Origin: a virus | Lineage: Duplodnaviria; Caudoviricetes | Strand: one strand, 5' to 3' | DNA length: 60,726 nucleotides | Virus record (IMG/VR): IMGVR_UViG_3300033076_001100 | Location: 1 to 60,726 of that record | In this document: one piece after another, positions 34,660-44,780 of the stretch | Position numbering within the stretch: the stretch's first letter is position 1 | Layout of the letters: every line of letters begins with the position of its first letter | Notes under the pieces: generated by a model | What the model was told of the DNA's origin: nothing | The model's database searches: none | What the model saw: only the letters and a program-made list of their open reading frames with translations | Translations under genes and position numbers: made by a program

Positions 34660-35246
34660 TCTTCGCGCATCCAGCACTTCTCCCAGTAGTCTGGCTGTTT
34701 GTTCAACTTCTGATCAACGCTCTTGAGAACGTCAAGAGGGTAGTAGGTTTTCGCATCCAGATTGCATCCGCATGCAGAACAGCCACGCTTGTGTAACTCA
34801 GGGGCACGGTGAAGTCGGCGTCCGCCCAGAAGCTCCGTCAGTTTGGCGCTCACCCAGCCACAGGGGAACGTGCAGGCCACGTCCTGAATCTTGGGGCAGG
34901 TCAGGCAGATGTCGGCCCGACGGGCATGCTCGGCATCGCTTACCAGCTCCCGGCCATACTGCTCCGCCAGGGTGGTGAGAAACCGCTTCACGTCATCGCC
35001 GGTCATGTGGATCTGCTGGCCCGAGGCGTCCACACACGGGACGTAGGGGTTCTGCTGGCAGATTTCATCGAGCACCACCTGATCCCAGCCAGCCTCCATC
35101 GGGATGCCGTTGGCCAGCCGCTGCGCCCTCACGCTTTGAAGCAGGACCATGAGATTGTTGGTGTCGGATGGCACCCCCGTCAGCGGGTCGGTGTATCTCC
35201 ACATACCCCCTCTGGGGACAAGGCTTTCGTTGGCTGGGCGTTTCAT
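34638..35246 (-). CDS. Cys-rich hypothetical protein
   Basis: RADICLTCP, CSACGCNL.AK, CW. Confidence 0.7.
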   Translation of the reverse strand: MKRPANESLVPRGGMWRYTDPLTGVPSDTNNLMVLLQSVRAQRLANGIPMEAGWDQVVLDEICQQNPYVPCVDASGQQIHMTGDDVKRFLTTLAEQYGRELVSDAEHARRADICLTCPKIQDVACTFPCGWVSAKLTELLGGRRLHRAPELHKRGCSACGCNLDAKTYYPLDVLKSVDQKLNKQPDYWEKCWMREDQTPSLP

Positions 35247-38200
35247 TTCCGTGACTGTTTGTTGATCGCAGACTGCACCTTGGCGGCTTCCCTATCAACG
35301 ATCATTCTGGAAATGTCCTTCAGCAGCTTGTGAGCCGAACTGATGGGCATGGTGGTGAGCTTGTCTCCGTGCTTCTCCAGCATCTCACGACGGGCTTGGG
35401 CGACACCTTTCTCGAAGTCGTACACTACCCCGCGCCCAAGCGACTCCATCGGCACCGCCTTGCCGTCTTTGACGATCTTGCGGTCGGTGCTGGGGCTGGA
35501 GAAGTCCAAGCCACGGGAGAGAAGTTTGCCGTAGATCTCCATGGGTTTGCTCAGTTCCTGATTCAAGACCAACCGGCTGTAGGGCTCGCGGTGCAGCTTG
35601 ATGTCTTCCCCGAGGCGGTTGAATTGCGGACGACCATCGTTGACGTAACGACGGGCAACCGGGACTTCCCGAACCATGCTCTCCCACATGCCTTCGGGGG
35701 AATAGCTTCTCGGATCGTTCCATTTGTCCAAGTCTTTGATGAAGGTCGGTGTGACGCCAGACACGACGTTGACGGCCATCTTCTCAGGCAGGTTGAGCTT
35801 CTTGTCACTGATGTTGGGGTCAGTTTTGCCAAAAAGCTCCGCGAGGCGCTGCAAAGCGGCGGAGTTCTGAGCCTGGAAAAGTCCGACCTGAGCAGCATGC
35901 AGGATGTGCCCGAATGTGCCACGCTCTTTCCATTTCTCCGGCTTGTAACGCCGTTCGTCATGAGTCGCTCCCACGGCAGCCATCAAACCGGCAAGGGGCC
36001 ATTGAGTGTAAAAGATGGTCTTCATCTTGCCGTTCTCCCGTATCCAGAAACTTCTCGGCCTGAATCCGGCGGACATACGGGACTCTTTATCCGCGTCAGA
36101 AAGATCGGCCCAATCGCCTTCGATGTGCCAGACCCCATCTTTTTCATCATCATCGTCGCCGAGCCATGCCTGCACAGTAGCAAACAGCATCGCCCCGATC
36201 AAGTTCTTCCCGATCAGGAGCTGGCTTCTCATCGGGGTCTTGGTGTCTTCAAGAATAGGGTAGATCCACTTATCCAGCACCCATGAGCCGGGCATGTATC
36301 GGATGTACTCGTTGCCCATGTTGAAACCGAATCGCATAAACCGTGTTCCAGTGGCGGCGTGGATAACCCCGGCACCGACGGCGTTGATAGCCCGAGCGAG
36401 CGCAAAACTGTTCTCGTCCTCAGCCCGCTTCTCAAACCACCTCTGGCCGGTGCTGGTCATGCTCTTTGCCATCTGGTAAAGCATGCCGAACAACCCGGTC
36501 GGATCATTCTGGAAAGCTGAGATGTTTCCAATTTCTGAGGCTTCAGAACGGTCTTCTTCCTGAACGTTTTCGTTGAGGATCTCGCGGGTTCTGGCACTGA
36601 CCAATGCTCTCTCTTTGGCGTTGGCAGGCTCTGCTCCACCCGTCACTTGGGCAAGAGCCAGAGCGCGAGCGCCCTCGTGTTCTTTTTGGGTGTAGCCAGA
36701 TTTGCCGTTGTAGAGTTCGGGGTTCATCGCCCGAGCTACTGCCATCGCCCCCTGCGTAGTCGCCGTATTGTTGACATGGTCGGCAGCCATCATGCTTCTA
36801 CCAACAGCAATCATGAGCAGACCGGGAACTTTTTGAGCAATGTTGCCTTCTTTCCACCAACGTTCTCCGAGCGCATTGAGCACCGAGCCTTTTTCACCCG
36901 AAAGACTTTTGGCAATATCTTCGGCGTACTTTTTAGTGATGGAGGAATCTCCAGTTCTCAAAAGATAAGCGACTTCATTTTTCATGACTCCGCCGAGAGC
37001 GTTCCACCACTGGAAATGAGCTTGAAGGGCTGCACCACCTTTGCCCGTAGCCAGCAGACCGGCAGCCTGAGTCAAGTTTGCCCCTGCCCCGACTATTAGG
37101 GTAGCCCACGTTTCAAACTGTGTGCGCAAACCGGAGAGGACCGAAGCCACCCAGTAGGAACTCATGATCTCCGAGAAAGTGGCTTTTGTGGTGTGCTGAA
37201 GCCCATCGACCACCTCTTTCAGTTTGTTGTTACGGAGAACCCCTTCAGGCAAGTTCCACGCTTCCACCGCCAGCTTCTTCAGGTAGTCGGCCTGAGCGTT
37301 GGTCATCTGCTTCAGACCGAACCGCTTGGACACGGCCTCACGGAACGTGGAGGAGTTAAACACGCCCAGGTTCATCAGACGAAGCAGCTCGGGAGCGGCG
37401 GAGACCACGTTGGCCTCGGCCTTGGCTGTCTTGGCTTTGATGACACCTGCCCTGAGCAGTTCGTCTTGGAACGCCTTGAGGCGCTCCTTCTGCCACAGCT
37501 TGTCGATGTTCTTGACGAGCTGGTCCGCCTCATCGGCGGTAAGGTTCTGAAGGGCTTCGTGCTTGGCGACACGCTCATTGATCTCGGCAAGACGGTCCTT
37601 CTGCTTCTGAGGCAGATCGCTCAGAACGTCCGACCAGTCTTGGCCGGGGGCGATCTTGGCGCGGATGGAGTTGACCAGCTTCTGGAGTGCGCGGGAATCT
37701 TCGCCCAGCAGGGATTCCTTCTTCTCCGCCAGTTTCTCGGCGGCGTCCTCGTCCATTTGCTTCTGCCAGGTGTCGAGAGTCTCGTTCACGGCCTTGACGG
37801 CGGCGGCACGGGCGGCAGGCCACTCGCGCTGAGTGTTCTCGTCCGCCTGCTGCATGGCCTCGTCGAATACGCGCATCACGGCATCGACGGCGCGCTGGCG
37901 GTTGAGCAGGGCGTCCTTCACGCTGAGAGTGCGCTTGCCCGACTTGTCCAGCCCGGTCGTCACGTCGGCGGTGTAACCGGCCTGCTCGAAAGCACGGCTG
38001 ATGGCTTCTCGGGAAGCCGCAGGATTGAACGCCATGGAGGGAGTTGCAGGCATCAGCTTGTTGCGCTGTGCCTCAAGCTGCGGCATCAGGGATTTGACGG
38101 CTTCACGTTCTGAACGGATCAAATCACGCTCGGACTCGATCTGCTGCTCCAAATTGGCGATCTCGGTGGCAGCCGCCTTGCGCTGCTCATCGCTGCCGGC

Positions 38201-41200
38201 TTCCAGATGGCGGAGGCGTTCGGTCAGGTCAGTCACGCGCTTCTGGGCAGGAGCGACATTTTTGTCCATCTCAATGTCCACGAGCATGTCGAGAACCTTC
38301 TGACGGCCCTCGGCCCATGCCTCCTCGAACAGCGGACCCTCGGCCACCTGATTGACGAACGCGCTGGTGAGCAGGTCTTGCGTGGTCTGCTTGGGTGCCG
38401 GGATGCGCTCGCCTTGAACATTCTTGGCCAGGGTGCTCTTGAGGCTGCTGACCAGATTGGCCAGTGCGGTGCGACGCTCGGGGGTGACCACGTTGCCACG
38501 GGCCTTGAGCATCAGGGCTTTGCCAACCTCGTCAACGATCTGATCGCGCTGACCCTTGCCACGGAGCATGCGGGCAATGGCACCCTTGGCTGTGCCGATG
38601 GTCTGCATGCCCCCCATGATGCGGGTGACGATCTTCTGAAGCCGGTTTTCCAGTTCCTCGTCAGCACGTTCGCGTGCAGCCTCAATACGGGGAACGGCTT
38701 CTTCCGAGCCGCCGACGATCTGGTCTTTGAGAACCTTCTCCCCACGGTCAGCCAGAACTTGTTGTGCAGCCAAGATGGGGGCGATGGGTTGAAGAGTTGT
38801 CCCGTTTTGCACGCCGCGCTGGCGCATGCTGCGGGCCGGATCTTGCCCCTCTTTAATCCAGAGCTTGCCGAGGTCTTGAGCAGTAGCACGGGCGACCGTC
38901 TGCTCGTCTTCATCAGCAGACGTGCTGACGATCTCAGTAAACCCCTTGATGAGATTACCCAAGGCAATCGTCCGCATGTTGCCGTCCATCCAGCCGGGGG
39001 TGCGGTTAGAGAGCAGCAGGCTGGCGGCGCGAGCAGGCGTTACCGAGTTGATCCAGTCAGATACTTTCCGGTTTGCCTCTTCATCACCTTGCACTCGGTA
39101 CATGCGATCTTCAGGCTTGGTGGGGGCAAAGCGAGAACGAGTCTCACGAAACAGGTCTTCCGATGGCACTGGTTCGGCGGGCGACATGGCCACCTGTTGA
39201 GGCATCAGCATCTCCGCGTTGGCCGCGCCAACCACGAACGGCTTGGCAGCCTCAACGGCGGCAGCCGTCTCAAGAGGGCTGACGTAGATCTTGCCGCTGT
39301 CGTTCTGCTCGTTGATGTGAGCCATGAACTCCTCGGGAGTCAGGTCGGGATCAGCCTCCTTGGCTTGTCCATACACGTCCTTGATCGATACCCATCCCGT
39401 GCCGCTGCCCGACTGGGCGCGTTGGTAGGCGGTGCGGAGGTCAACCTGTCGAGGCTGCTCCTTTGGCATCTCGAACAGCCTGCGCTCCCCGGTAGCAGGG
39501 CGTCCCGGCTGCGGGTTGAACATCTTCTGGAGGCCGGTAGGCGCGGCCCCGGTTTGCTCGCCTCGCAGCTTGGCGGCTGTCTCGGCCAGCTCGTCAGACG
39601 GGGTGCGGTAGCCGCGCTCGGCGGGTGCGGCCATGTCCACCGGCTCGGAGGTTGAAGGACGGGAAGGTGTCTCGAACAGAGCCAGGGCGGCAGTCATGGC
39701 TTGTTCCATCGAACTTCCTTTGGGGACACGCTGGCCTGTGACCAGTTCGGAGATCAGGCGGAAGATTTCGCTGAGAACCGAGCGGAATTTGCCCGCACTC
39801 GTGCGAGGGGCGAAGTCAGCCGGGATAGACGCGAGGAAATCTTGAAAGTCTGGGCGGGTGAACAGCGCCGTCACGAACTCACGGTCAGAGCCAAGCTCGT
39901 AATCGTACTTACTGAGTTTCTCCTGAGATGCTGCAAAGGCGGCAATACGTTTGCGCAGCTTGTTGATGGCGTCCGCAGCTTCTTTCTCCACCTCGGTCTG
40001 CGGGTTCTCCAGCTTCTCCAAAGTCTCGTGATGTATGGCTTCGTGAAGCAGCACGCCAAGGGCGTCCACCTGACCCCGGCCAACCTGACGGAGGTTGAGG
40101 TCAATACGGGGGTCGTTGCCGTCAGCGTTGGAGTAAAGACCGGCAAACTCACGCCGACCGTCCGCCCAGATGCCCAGCTTCATGTTCGAGAGGCTCGGCT
40201 TGCTGGCGAGAACCTTAGCGATCTGGCGGTAGATTTGAGACAGCGATTTGTCCTTCGCCATTGAGCCGAACACCTTTTGGAGATCAAAGTTGCCGTATAT
40301 CCCCGGTTTGATTGGGATGCCGTGCTTCATCGCCTTGCGGCTGTTCTGCTCCTGATTGTACTCGTACCACGGGGCTGTGGCAAGCGCGGCAATGGGGCGC
40401 TTGAGTTGGGCAGACGGGACTACGGCGGTCTGATCTGTTTTGCCGTTCCACGAGTAGCGCACGACGGCGTTGCCGTCGGGGCGCACGCTCTCGATGGTGC
40501 CGATAACGGGCTGGCCGTTGATGACAAACGAAGTGTCTTCGTTGATCTGCGGTGCCCAAACGATGCTGGACGGCCGACCTACTTCTTGTTCTCCCTCTGT
40601 ACGGCGTAGGCTATCGCCAGCGCCTGCTTCTTCGGTTTGTTCGCCTGGAGTTCCTTGCGCAGGTTCTGTGCGAACGCCTTCTTGCTGCTCGATTGGGTTA
40701 GGGGCATTGGGTGCGGTGGGTTGATTTTCTAGGCTTGACTCCGTTTCCAGTTCTGGCAATTTAGTCTCGGTAACGGCAGGGATCGACCCCTCTGCCGGTT
40801 CAGTCTGAACACTCTGGCTACCCCCGTCAACGTTAGCCGCGTTGACGGGGGTTTCTGTTCCAGTGGTAACGGGGGAAAGATTTCTCAAGGCGTCCACCGT
40901 GCCGGGAGCCAACGAGGCGGACGCGGCGATGTTCTCGTCCATCTCGGTCGTATCGACGCCTTCGATGGGAGGTACCACCTCGGGCAGGCGAATCCGATTG
41001 GCGCGGGCGAGGGCTTTCAGCGTATCGGGTTCGTCAGCATACTCGGCCACCTGATCGGGGGTGAGACCGGCTCCGGGCATCACATGGGCAATGACACGCC
41101 CTTGCACCGTCACAGGTTCTCCCGGACCATTATACTCGGTCGCCCCCTCCAGTGCAGCACGGCGGGCGAAGTCGGTGTCCGGTGCAACAGTCGCAGTCGT

Positions 41201-42763
41201 TTCACCCGGCTTCGTGGTTGTCTCACGGAACCGGCCAATGCCTTCTCCGGCGGCACCCAGCAGACCCACTTGAAGGGCCAGCTCGGGGGCGGTCTTGGCG
41301 AAGTCATCGACGATCTGAGAGACAGGCTTGGACGGGTCGATGGTGCGCTGCTCGACCACCTGAGTCGCCATCTCGTCGAGAAGTTCTTCGGGTATTTCGG
41401 AAACTGCCCCCTTGGGCATCGACTTGAGCGCGGCCACCAGACGGTTCTTGACCAGCTCCTTTCCACCGGCTCCGGTGCGCAGGGCGGACTCCACACCCGT
41501 CTTGCCGAACGCGGCGGTGATGCCTGCGGTAATCGCGCCAGAGAGGGCAGCAGCGTTGCGGGATGCACGCATGGCGTCATCTTCGGAAAACCCCTGCTTG
41601 CGCAGCTCGGCGTAGGTTTCAGGAAACTGGGCACCTGCCGTCTGCAAACCGGCGATTCCGGCGGCAACAGGCATGCTGGCACCCCCGGTGAGGGCGGCAC
41701 CCGTGACTTGCGCGGCCATCGGGATGGCTTGGCGGGTGACTCCAGCAGCCGTGCGACCTGCGAGTGAGGCACGTTCGCCTTCCAGCTTGGCCTGCTCTTC
41801 CAGCGTGTTTGCGCCTTCGGAGACTTCCGCCGCTTTTTGAGCGAGCTTGGGGCTGCCGGTGGCCATGGCAGCGACGCCGAGGCCCTGGGTGGCGATGTCC
41901 GTACCGCCCTGAAGCGCGCCTATGCCGATGGCGCTGGCGAGCTTGGAAAATTCTCCGCGCTTCTCCATGGTACGCATGTACTCAAGCGCCTTGTCCTCGG
42001 GGCTGAGCTTGCGCACTTCCTCGGGCTGGGCGGCTTCCCATGAGGCGAAGCTGGTGGTGCCGGGGATCGGAGATTCACCTGCGGTGCGGAAAGTGTTCAG
42101 CGCGTTCTTGGCGTACTGACTGCGCTTGGCGGTGAAGTCAGCCAGAGCGCGGGCTTTGGCATCCGGGCTGGCATCAGACTGAGCCACCGCTTGACGGTAC
42201 TTGTCCTTGTCCAGCAGGAGAGCGGGGCTGGTGTAGAGGTCGCTTCCCAGAACGGCGGTAGGGCGTTTGCCCTCCATGGCTTCCTTCGCCTCGGCGGCCT
42301 GCTTGAGCTGCTCGGGGGTAAGCTGGTTCTCGGCTGCGGCAAGTTCCTGCTTCCGCAGGGCGATGTTCTGGTCGAGCGTCTTTGCCCCTTCACCGACATA
42401 GGTGTCCATCGCCATCGCGGCGTTGCGGGCAGACTCCGCATCCTTCAGAGCGAACCTGTTCTTCTCGACGGCATCGTAGTCGGCAAGCGCCTTGTTCTGG
42501 GCGTCGGCTCGTTCCTTCAGACTCTGAGCATAACTTTGTTGAGCCTGAGTCGCATCAAACAGGCCGCCCGTCTTGAACGAGTTCCTGCGGGCCTGCTCGG
42601 TCGCCAAGAAGTTATGCACTCCTGCCGAGTCGATCTTCTCGGGATCTTCGTCGGTCAAGGTTTTCAGAACGCCCTGCTGCCATTCGTTGTGGACCGTCTC
42701 TTTGTCCTCGGGAGTGAGCAGACCAAATTCTGGCTGTTTTTCTACTTCGTCCCAGGTGTTCAT
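35243..42763 (-). CDS. Giant putative virion ejection / polyvalent protein (2506 aa)
   Basis: Size, Ala-rich helical composition, position at end of structural operon, LLHEAIH zincin motif. Confidence 0.7.
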   Translation of the reverse strand: MNTWDEVEKQPEFGLLTPEDKETVHNEWQQGVLKTLTDEDPEKIDSAGVHNFLATEQARRNSFKTGGLFDATQAQQSYAQSLKERADAQNKALADYDAVEKNRFALKDAESARNAAMAMDTYVGEGAKTLDQNIALRKQELAAAENQLTPEQLKQAAEAKEAMEGKRPTAVLGSDLYTSPALLLDKDKYRQAVAQSDASPDAKARALADFTAKRSQYAKNALNTFRTAGESPIPGTTSFASWEAAQPEEVRKLSPEDKALEYMRTMEKRGEFSKLASAIGIGALQGGTDIATQGLGVAAMATGSPKLAQKAAEVSEGANTLEEQAKLEGERASLAGRTAAGVTRQAIPMAAQVTGAALTGGASMPVAAGIAGLQTAGAQFPETYAELRKQGFSEDDAMRASRNAAALSGAITAGITAAFGKTGVESALRTGAGGKELVKNRLVAALKSMPKGAVSEIPEELLDEMATQVVEQRTIDPSKPVSQIVDDFAKTAPELALQVGLLGAAGEGIGRFRETTTKPGETTATVAPDTDFARRAALEGATEYNGPGEPVTVQGRVIAHVMPGAGLTPDQVAEYADEPDTLKALARANRIRLPEVVPPIEGVDTTEMDENIAASASLAPGTVDALRNLSPVTTGTETPVNAANVDGGSQSVQTEPAEGSIPAVTETKLPELETESSLENQPTAPNAPNPIEQQEGVRTEPAQGTPGEQTEEAGAGDSLRRTEGEQEVGRPSSIVWAPQINEDTSFVINGQPVIGTIESVRPDGNAVVRYSWNGKTDQTAVVPSAQLKRPIAALATAPWYEYNQEQNSRKAMKHGIPIKPGIYGNFDLQKVFGSMAKDKSLSQIYRQIAKVLASKPSLSNMKLGIWADGRREFAGLYSNADGNDPRIDLNLRQVGRGQVDALGVLLHEAIHHETLEKLENPQTEVEKEAADAINKLRKRIAAFAASQEKLSKYDYELGSDREFVTALFTRPDFQDFLASIPADFAPRTSAGKFRSVLSEIFRLISELVTGQRVPKGSSMEQAMTAALALFETPSRPSTSEPVDMAAPAERGYRTPSDELAETAAKLRGEQTGAAPTGLQKMFNPQPGRPATGERRLFEMPKEQPRQVDLRTAYQRAQSGSGTGWVSIKDVYGQAKEADPDLTPEEFMAHINEQNDSGKIYVSPLETAAAVEAAKPFVVGAANAEMLMPQQVAMSPAEPVPSEDLFRETRSRFAPTKPEDRMYRVQGDEEANRKVSDWINSVTPARAASLLLSNRTPGWMDGNMRTIALGNLIKGFTEIVSTSADEDEQTVARATAQDLGKLWIKEGQDPARSMRQRGVQNGTTLQPIAPILAAQQVLADRGEKVLKDQIVGGSEEAVPRIEAARERADEELENRLQKIVTRIMGGMQTIGTAKGAIARMLRGKGQRDQIVDEVGKALMLKARGNVVTPERRTALANLVSSLKSTLAKNVQGERIPAPKQTTQDLLTSAFVNQVAEGPLFEEAWAEGRQKVLDMLVDIEMDKNVAPAQKRVTDLTERLRHLEAGSDEQRKAAATEIANLEQQIESERDLIRSEREAVKSLMPQLEAQRNKLMPATPSMAFNPAASREAISRAFEQAGYTADVTTGLDKSGKRTLSVKDALLNRQRAVDAVMRVFDEAMQQADENTQREWPAARAAAVKAVNETLDTWQKQMDEDAAEKLAEKKESLLGEDSRALQKLVNSIRAKIAPGQDWSDVLSDLPQKQKDRLAEINERVAKHEALQNLTADEADQLVKNIDKLWQKERLKAFQDELLRAGVIKAKTAKAEANVVSAAPELLRLMNLGVFNSSTFREAVSKRFGLKQMTNAQADYLKKLAVEAWNLPEGVLRNNKLKEVVDGLQHTTKATFSEIMSSYWVASVLSGLRTQFETWATLIVGAGANLTQAAGLLATGKGGAALQAHFQWWNALGGVMKNEVAYLLRTGDSSITKKYAEDIAKSLSGEKGSVLNALGERWWKEGNIAQKVPGLLMIAVGRSMMAADHVNNTATTQGAMAVARAMNPELYNGKSGYTQKEHEGARALALAQVTGGAEPANAKERALVSARTREILNENVQEEDRSEASEIGNISAFQNDPTGLFGMLYQMAKSMTSTGQRWFEKRAEDENSFALARAINAVGAGVIHAATGTRFMRFGFNMGNEYIRYMPGSWVLDKWIYPILEDTKTPMRSQLLIGKNLIGAMLFATVQAWLGDDDDEKDGVWHIEGDWADLSDADKESRMSAGFRPRSFWIRENGKMKTIFYTQWPLAGLMAAVGATHDERRYKPEKWKERGTFGHILHAAQVGLFQAQNSAALQRLAELFGKTDPNISDKKLNLPEKMAVNVVSGVTPTFIKDLDKWNDPRSYSPEGMWESMVREVPVARRYVNDGRPQFNRLGEDIKLHREPYSRLVLNQELSKPMEIYGKLLSRGLDFSSPSTDRKIVKDGKAVPMESLGRGVVYDFEKGVAQARREMLEKHGDKLTTMPISSAHKLLKDISRMIVDREAAKVQSAINKQSRK

Positions 42764-43836
42764 GGTTTGATGAGTCCGAGTTTTTTGAGCAGGGCTTTGC
42801 GAGCTTCGGCGCTGGTTTCAGGATTGACGTTGTTGGAAGGGGTAGCGGGTGCGCTTGAACGGGCGAAGTCTGCGTTCGGCATCTGCGCCGTCGGAGTGGT
42901 CACCGGAGAAGCGGCAGGAGCCCCCAAGGGAAGACCGAAAGCATCCGTGCCTGGACGCGGGCGGAGTGCTGGTGCCGGAGGAGACACAGGTGCAGCCGGG
43001 GCGAACATGCTGGAGGGGAGTCTGCCAGGCTCTCCACCAACTCTTTCTGTGGGGGAAGCAGAAGTTCCAGCGCCAAACTTGCTTTTGTATTTCTCGGCGA
43101 GCATGGCTTCAATCTTGTCCAGTTCTGCCTGAGTTTCAGGACGAACGGTGCCGAAGTTAGGGTTGCTCATATCCCGCATGTCACGAGACGCCTGGCTTTT
43201 GAGAACTCCGTGGTATTTTTCCAATGCGCGAGCTTCGGGATCAGCATGGAAGATGCTGTCCTGTTTTTTCTGGTTGATGTGGTAATTGACGTGCGCGGGA
43301 TCGTGCCTTTCAGCCAAAATGGCTTCGGCCTCTTCAGGGCTGTACCCGGCTTTCCCCAGTTCACCCGCAGCTTTGCGCTTGGCCACGAACGTGTCAGCCA
43401 ACTCTTTGGCGGCAAACGTGCCTTGCCCCTGATCAACAGCATCAAGGAACACTTTGCGTGCCTCGGGGTCGGAGATCTTCATGGCCACGCTGTTGCGCAA
43501 CGTGTTGTCAGCGTAGCTGGGCATCGCCTTCTGGTACTTGGCGATCTGGTTGTAACGCTTCGATCCCGCGATGGCCGGGTTCTCCTCCAAGAACTTTTGA
43601 CGAGCCGTGGGCTCCGTCTGCCCCATGTACTCGTCTGCGGCTTGCTCCGCCTGTTGAGCGCGCATACGTTCTCGCTTGGCCTCGGCAGCCTGCTCCGCTT
43701 GATCCATCAGGTACTGATCTTCAGCGGCAGCTTCGCGAGATGCAGCCGACCATCCGCCTTGGCTCATGTCGGGCCTGCCAAACAGCTCATAGACAGGGCG
43801 GCGGGCAATGCCGAGTTGGGAAAGAGGATCAGCCAT
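42760..43836 (-). CDS. Putative internal virion/ejection protein
   Basis: A/Q/E-rich helical protein directly upstream of the giant gene. Confidence 0.55.
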   Translation of the reverse strand: MADPLSQLGIARRPVYELFGRPDMSQGGWSAASREAAAEDQYLMDQAEQAAEAKRERMRAQQAEQAADEYMGQTEPTARQKFLEENPAIAGSKRYNQIAKYQKAMPSYADNTLRNSVAMKISDPEARKVFLDAVDQGQGTFAAKELADTFVAKRKAAGELGKAGYSPEEAEAILAERHDPAHVNYHINQKKQDSIFHADPEARALEKYHGVLKSQASRDMRDMSNPNFGTVRPETQAELDKIEAMLAEKYKSKFGAGTSASPTERVGGEPGRLPSSMFAPAAPVSPPAPALRPRPGTDAFGLPLGAPAASPVTTPTAQMPNADFARSSAPATPSNNVNPETSAEARKALLKKLGLIKP

Positions 43837-43839
43837 AGG

Positions 43840-44778
43840 TCAGGTCGCGTTCATTGTTCCGCCCCAATACCATGTGGGATTGGTAATATCAAGGGTGGCT
43901 CGGCCACCGCCGCGATACGCCTTGGCTTCGTCGTTGAGGAAGTTGAGACCACGGGTGAACGACGCATCGGCGGCGTCAGGGTCGGTGGCGTCCTCGAACA
44001 GACGGGACTGGATACCGGCGCGAAGGGCGGACAGGTTGCCGGGGCTGACCCAGTCCGTCTCCGCCACGATGGGGATGAACCGGCGTTGGCAGATCATGCG
44101 GATCTCTTTCTCGGTGGTTCCCGTCTGGTAGCGGCGGTAGGATGGGCGAGTCTCGTTCGGCTGGTAGGTGGCAAGCAGCGTCTCATCAACGCCATCCCAG
44201 CCTTTGAGGTAAACGCGGGCCTTGGTGTGAGGCTTGATGAACCCGGTGATCTTGGTGAACTGGTTGGTGGTCTCGACCATCGGGGCGGCCAGCGTAAGCT
44301 CTTCGCCCTCGTTGCCGCTCGAATCATAGACCGTGACGCCGTTGAGTTCGCCGTAGATGCGGATTTTCAAATCGTCGTCCGCCGCAGAGGAGTAAACCCG
44401 GATCGTGCTGGGGTTGGTGATGTCAGCCTGGGTACAGAAACCGTCGCCCATGTCGATCAGGATGCCGGGCCAATGCAGCGCCTCGTCCACCTTGCCCGGA
44501 CCTTCCTCGACATACTGATGGTACTCGGTGAAGATCGGGTAGGGATAGCGGTCGTACGTCATCGCCAGAGCGGCGGCGTAGGTCCATGGCAGCGTGACGA
44601 AGCCGCTGGACGCCTCGAACTTGACCGTGACGACGTTTCCTTTCCACTTCCCACTGTTGGTGTAGCGTTCGCACACCTCGTTCAGCATCTCAAGGAACAG
44701 GGGGTTGTTCGGGTTGGTGGGGTCCACCATGGGGGACAGCACCGTGCGAACGTCGGAAAGGATGAGCCGTGTGTCCAT
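43840..44778 (-). CDS. Putative head-tail adaptor / tail tubular protein
   Basis: 312 aa; LNEVCER..GKWKG..VTLP; position in structural operon. Confidence 0.5.
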   Translation of the reverse strand: MDTRLILSDVRTVLSPMVDPTNPNNPLFLEMLNEVCERYTNSGKWKGNVVTVKFEASSGFVTLPWTYAAALAMTYDRYPYPIFTEYHQYVEEGPGKVDEALHWPGILIDMGDGFCTQADITNPSTIRVYSSAADDDLKIRIYGELNGVTVYDSSGNEGEELTLAAPMVETTNQFTKITGFIKPHTKARVYLKGWDGVDETLLATYQPNETRPSYRRYQTGTTEKEIRMICQRRFIPIVAETDWVSPGNLSALRAGIQSRLFEDATDPDAADASFTRGLNFLNDEAKAYRGGGRATLDITNPTWYWGGTMNAT

Positions 44779-44780
44779 AA

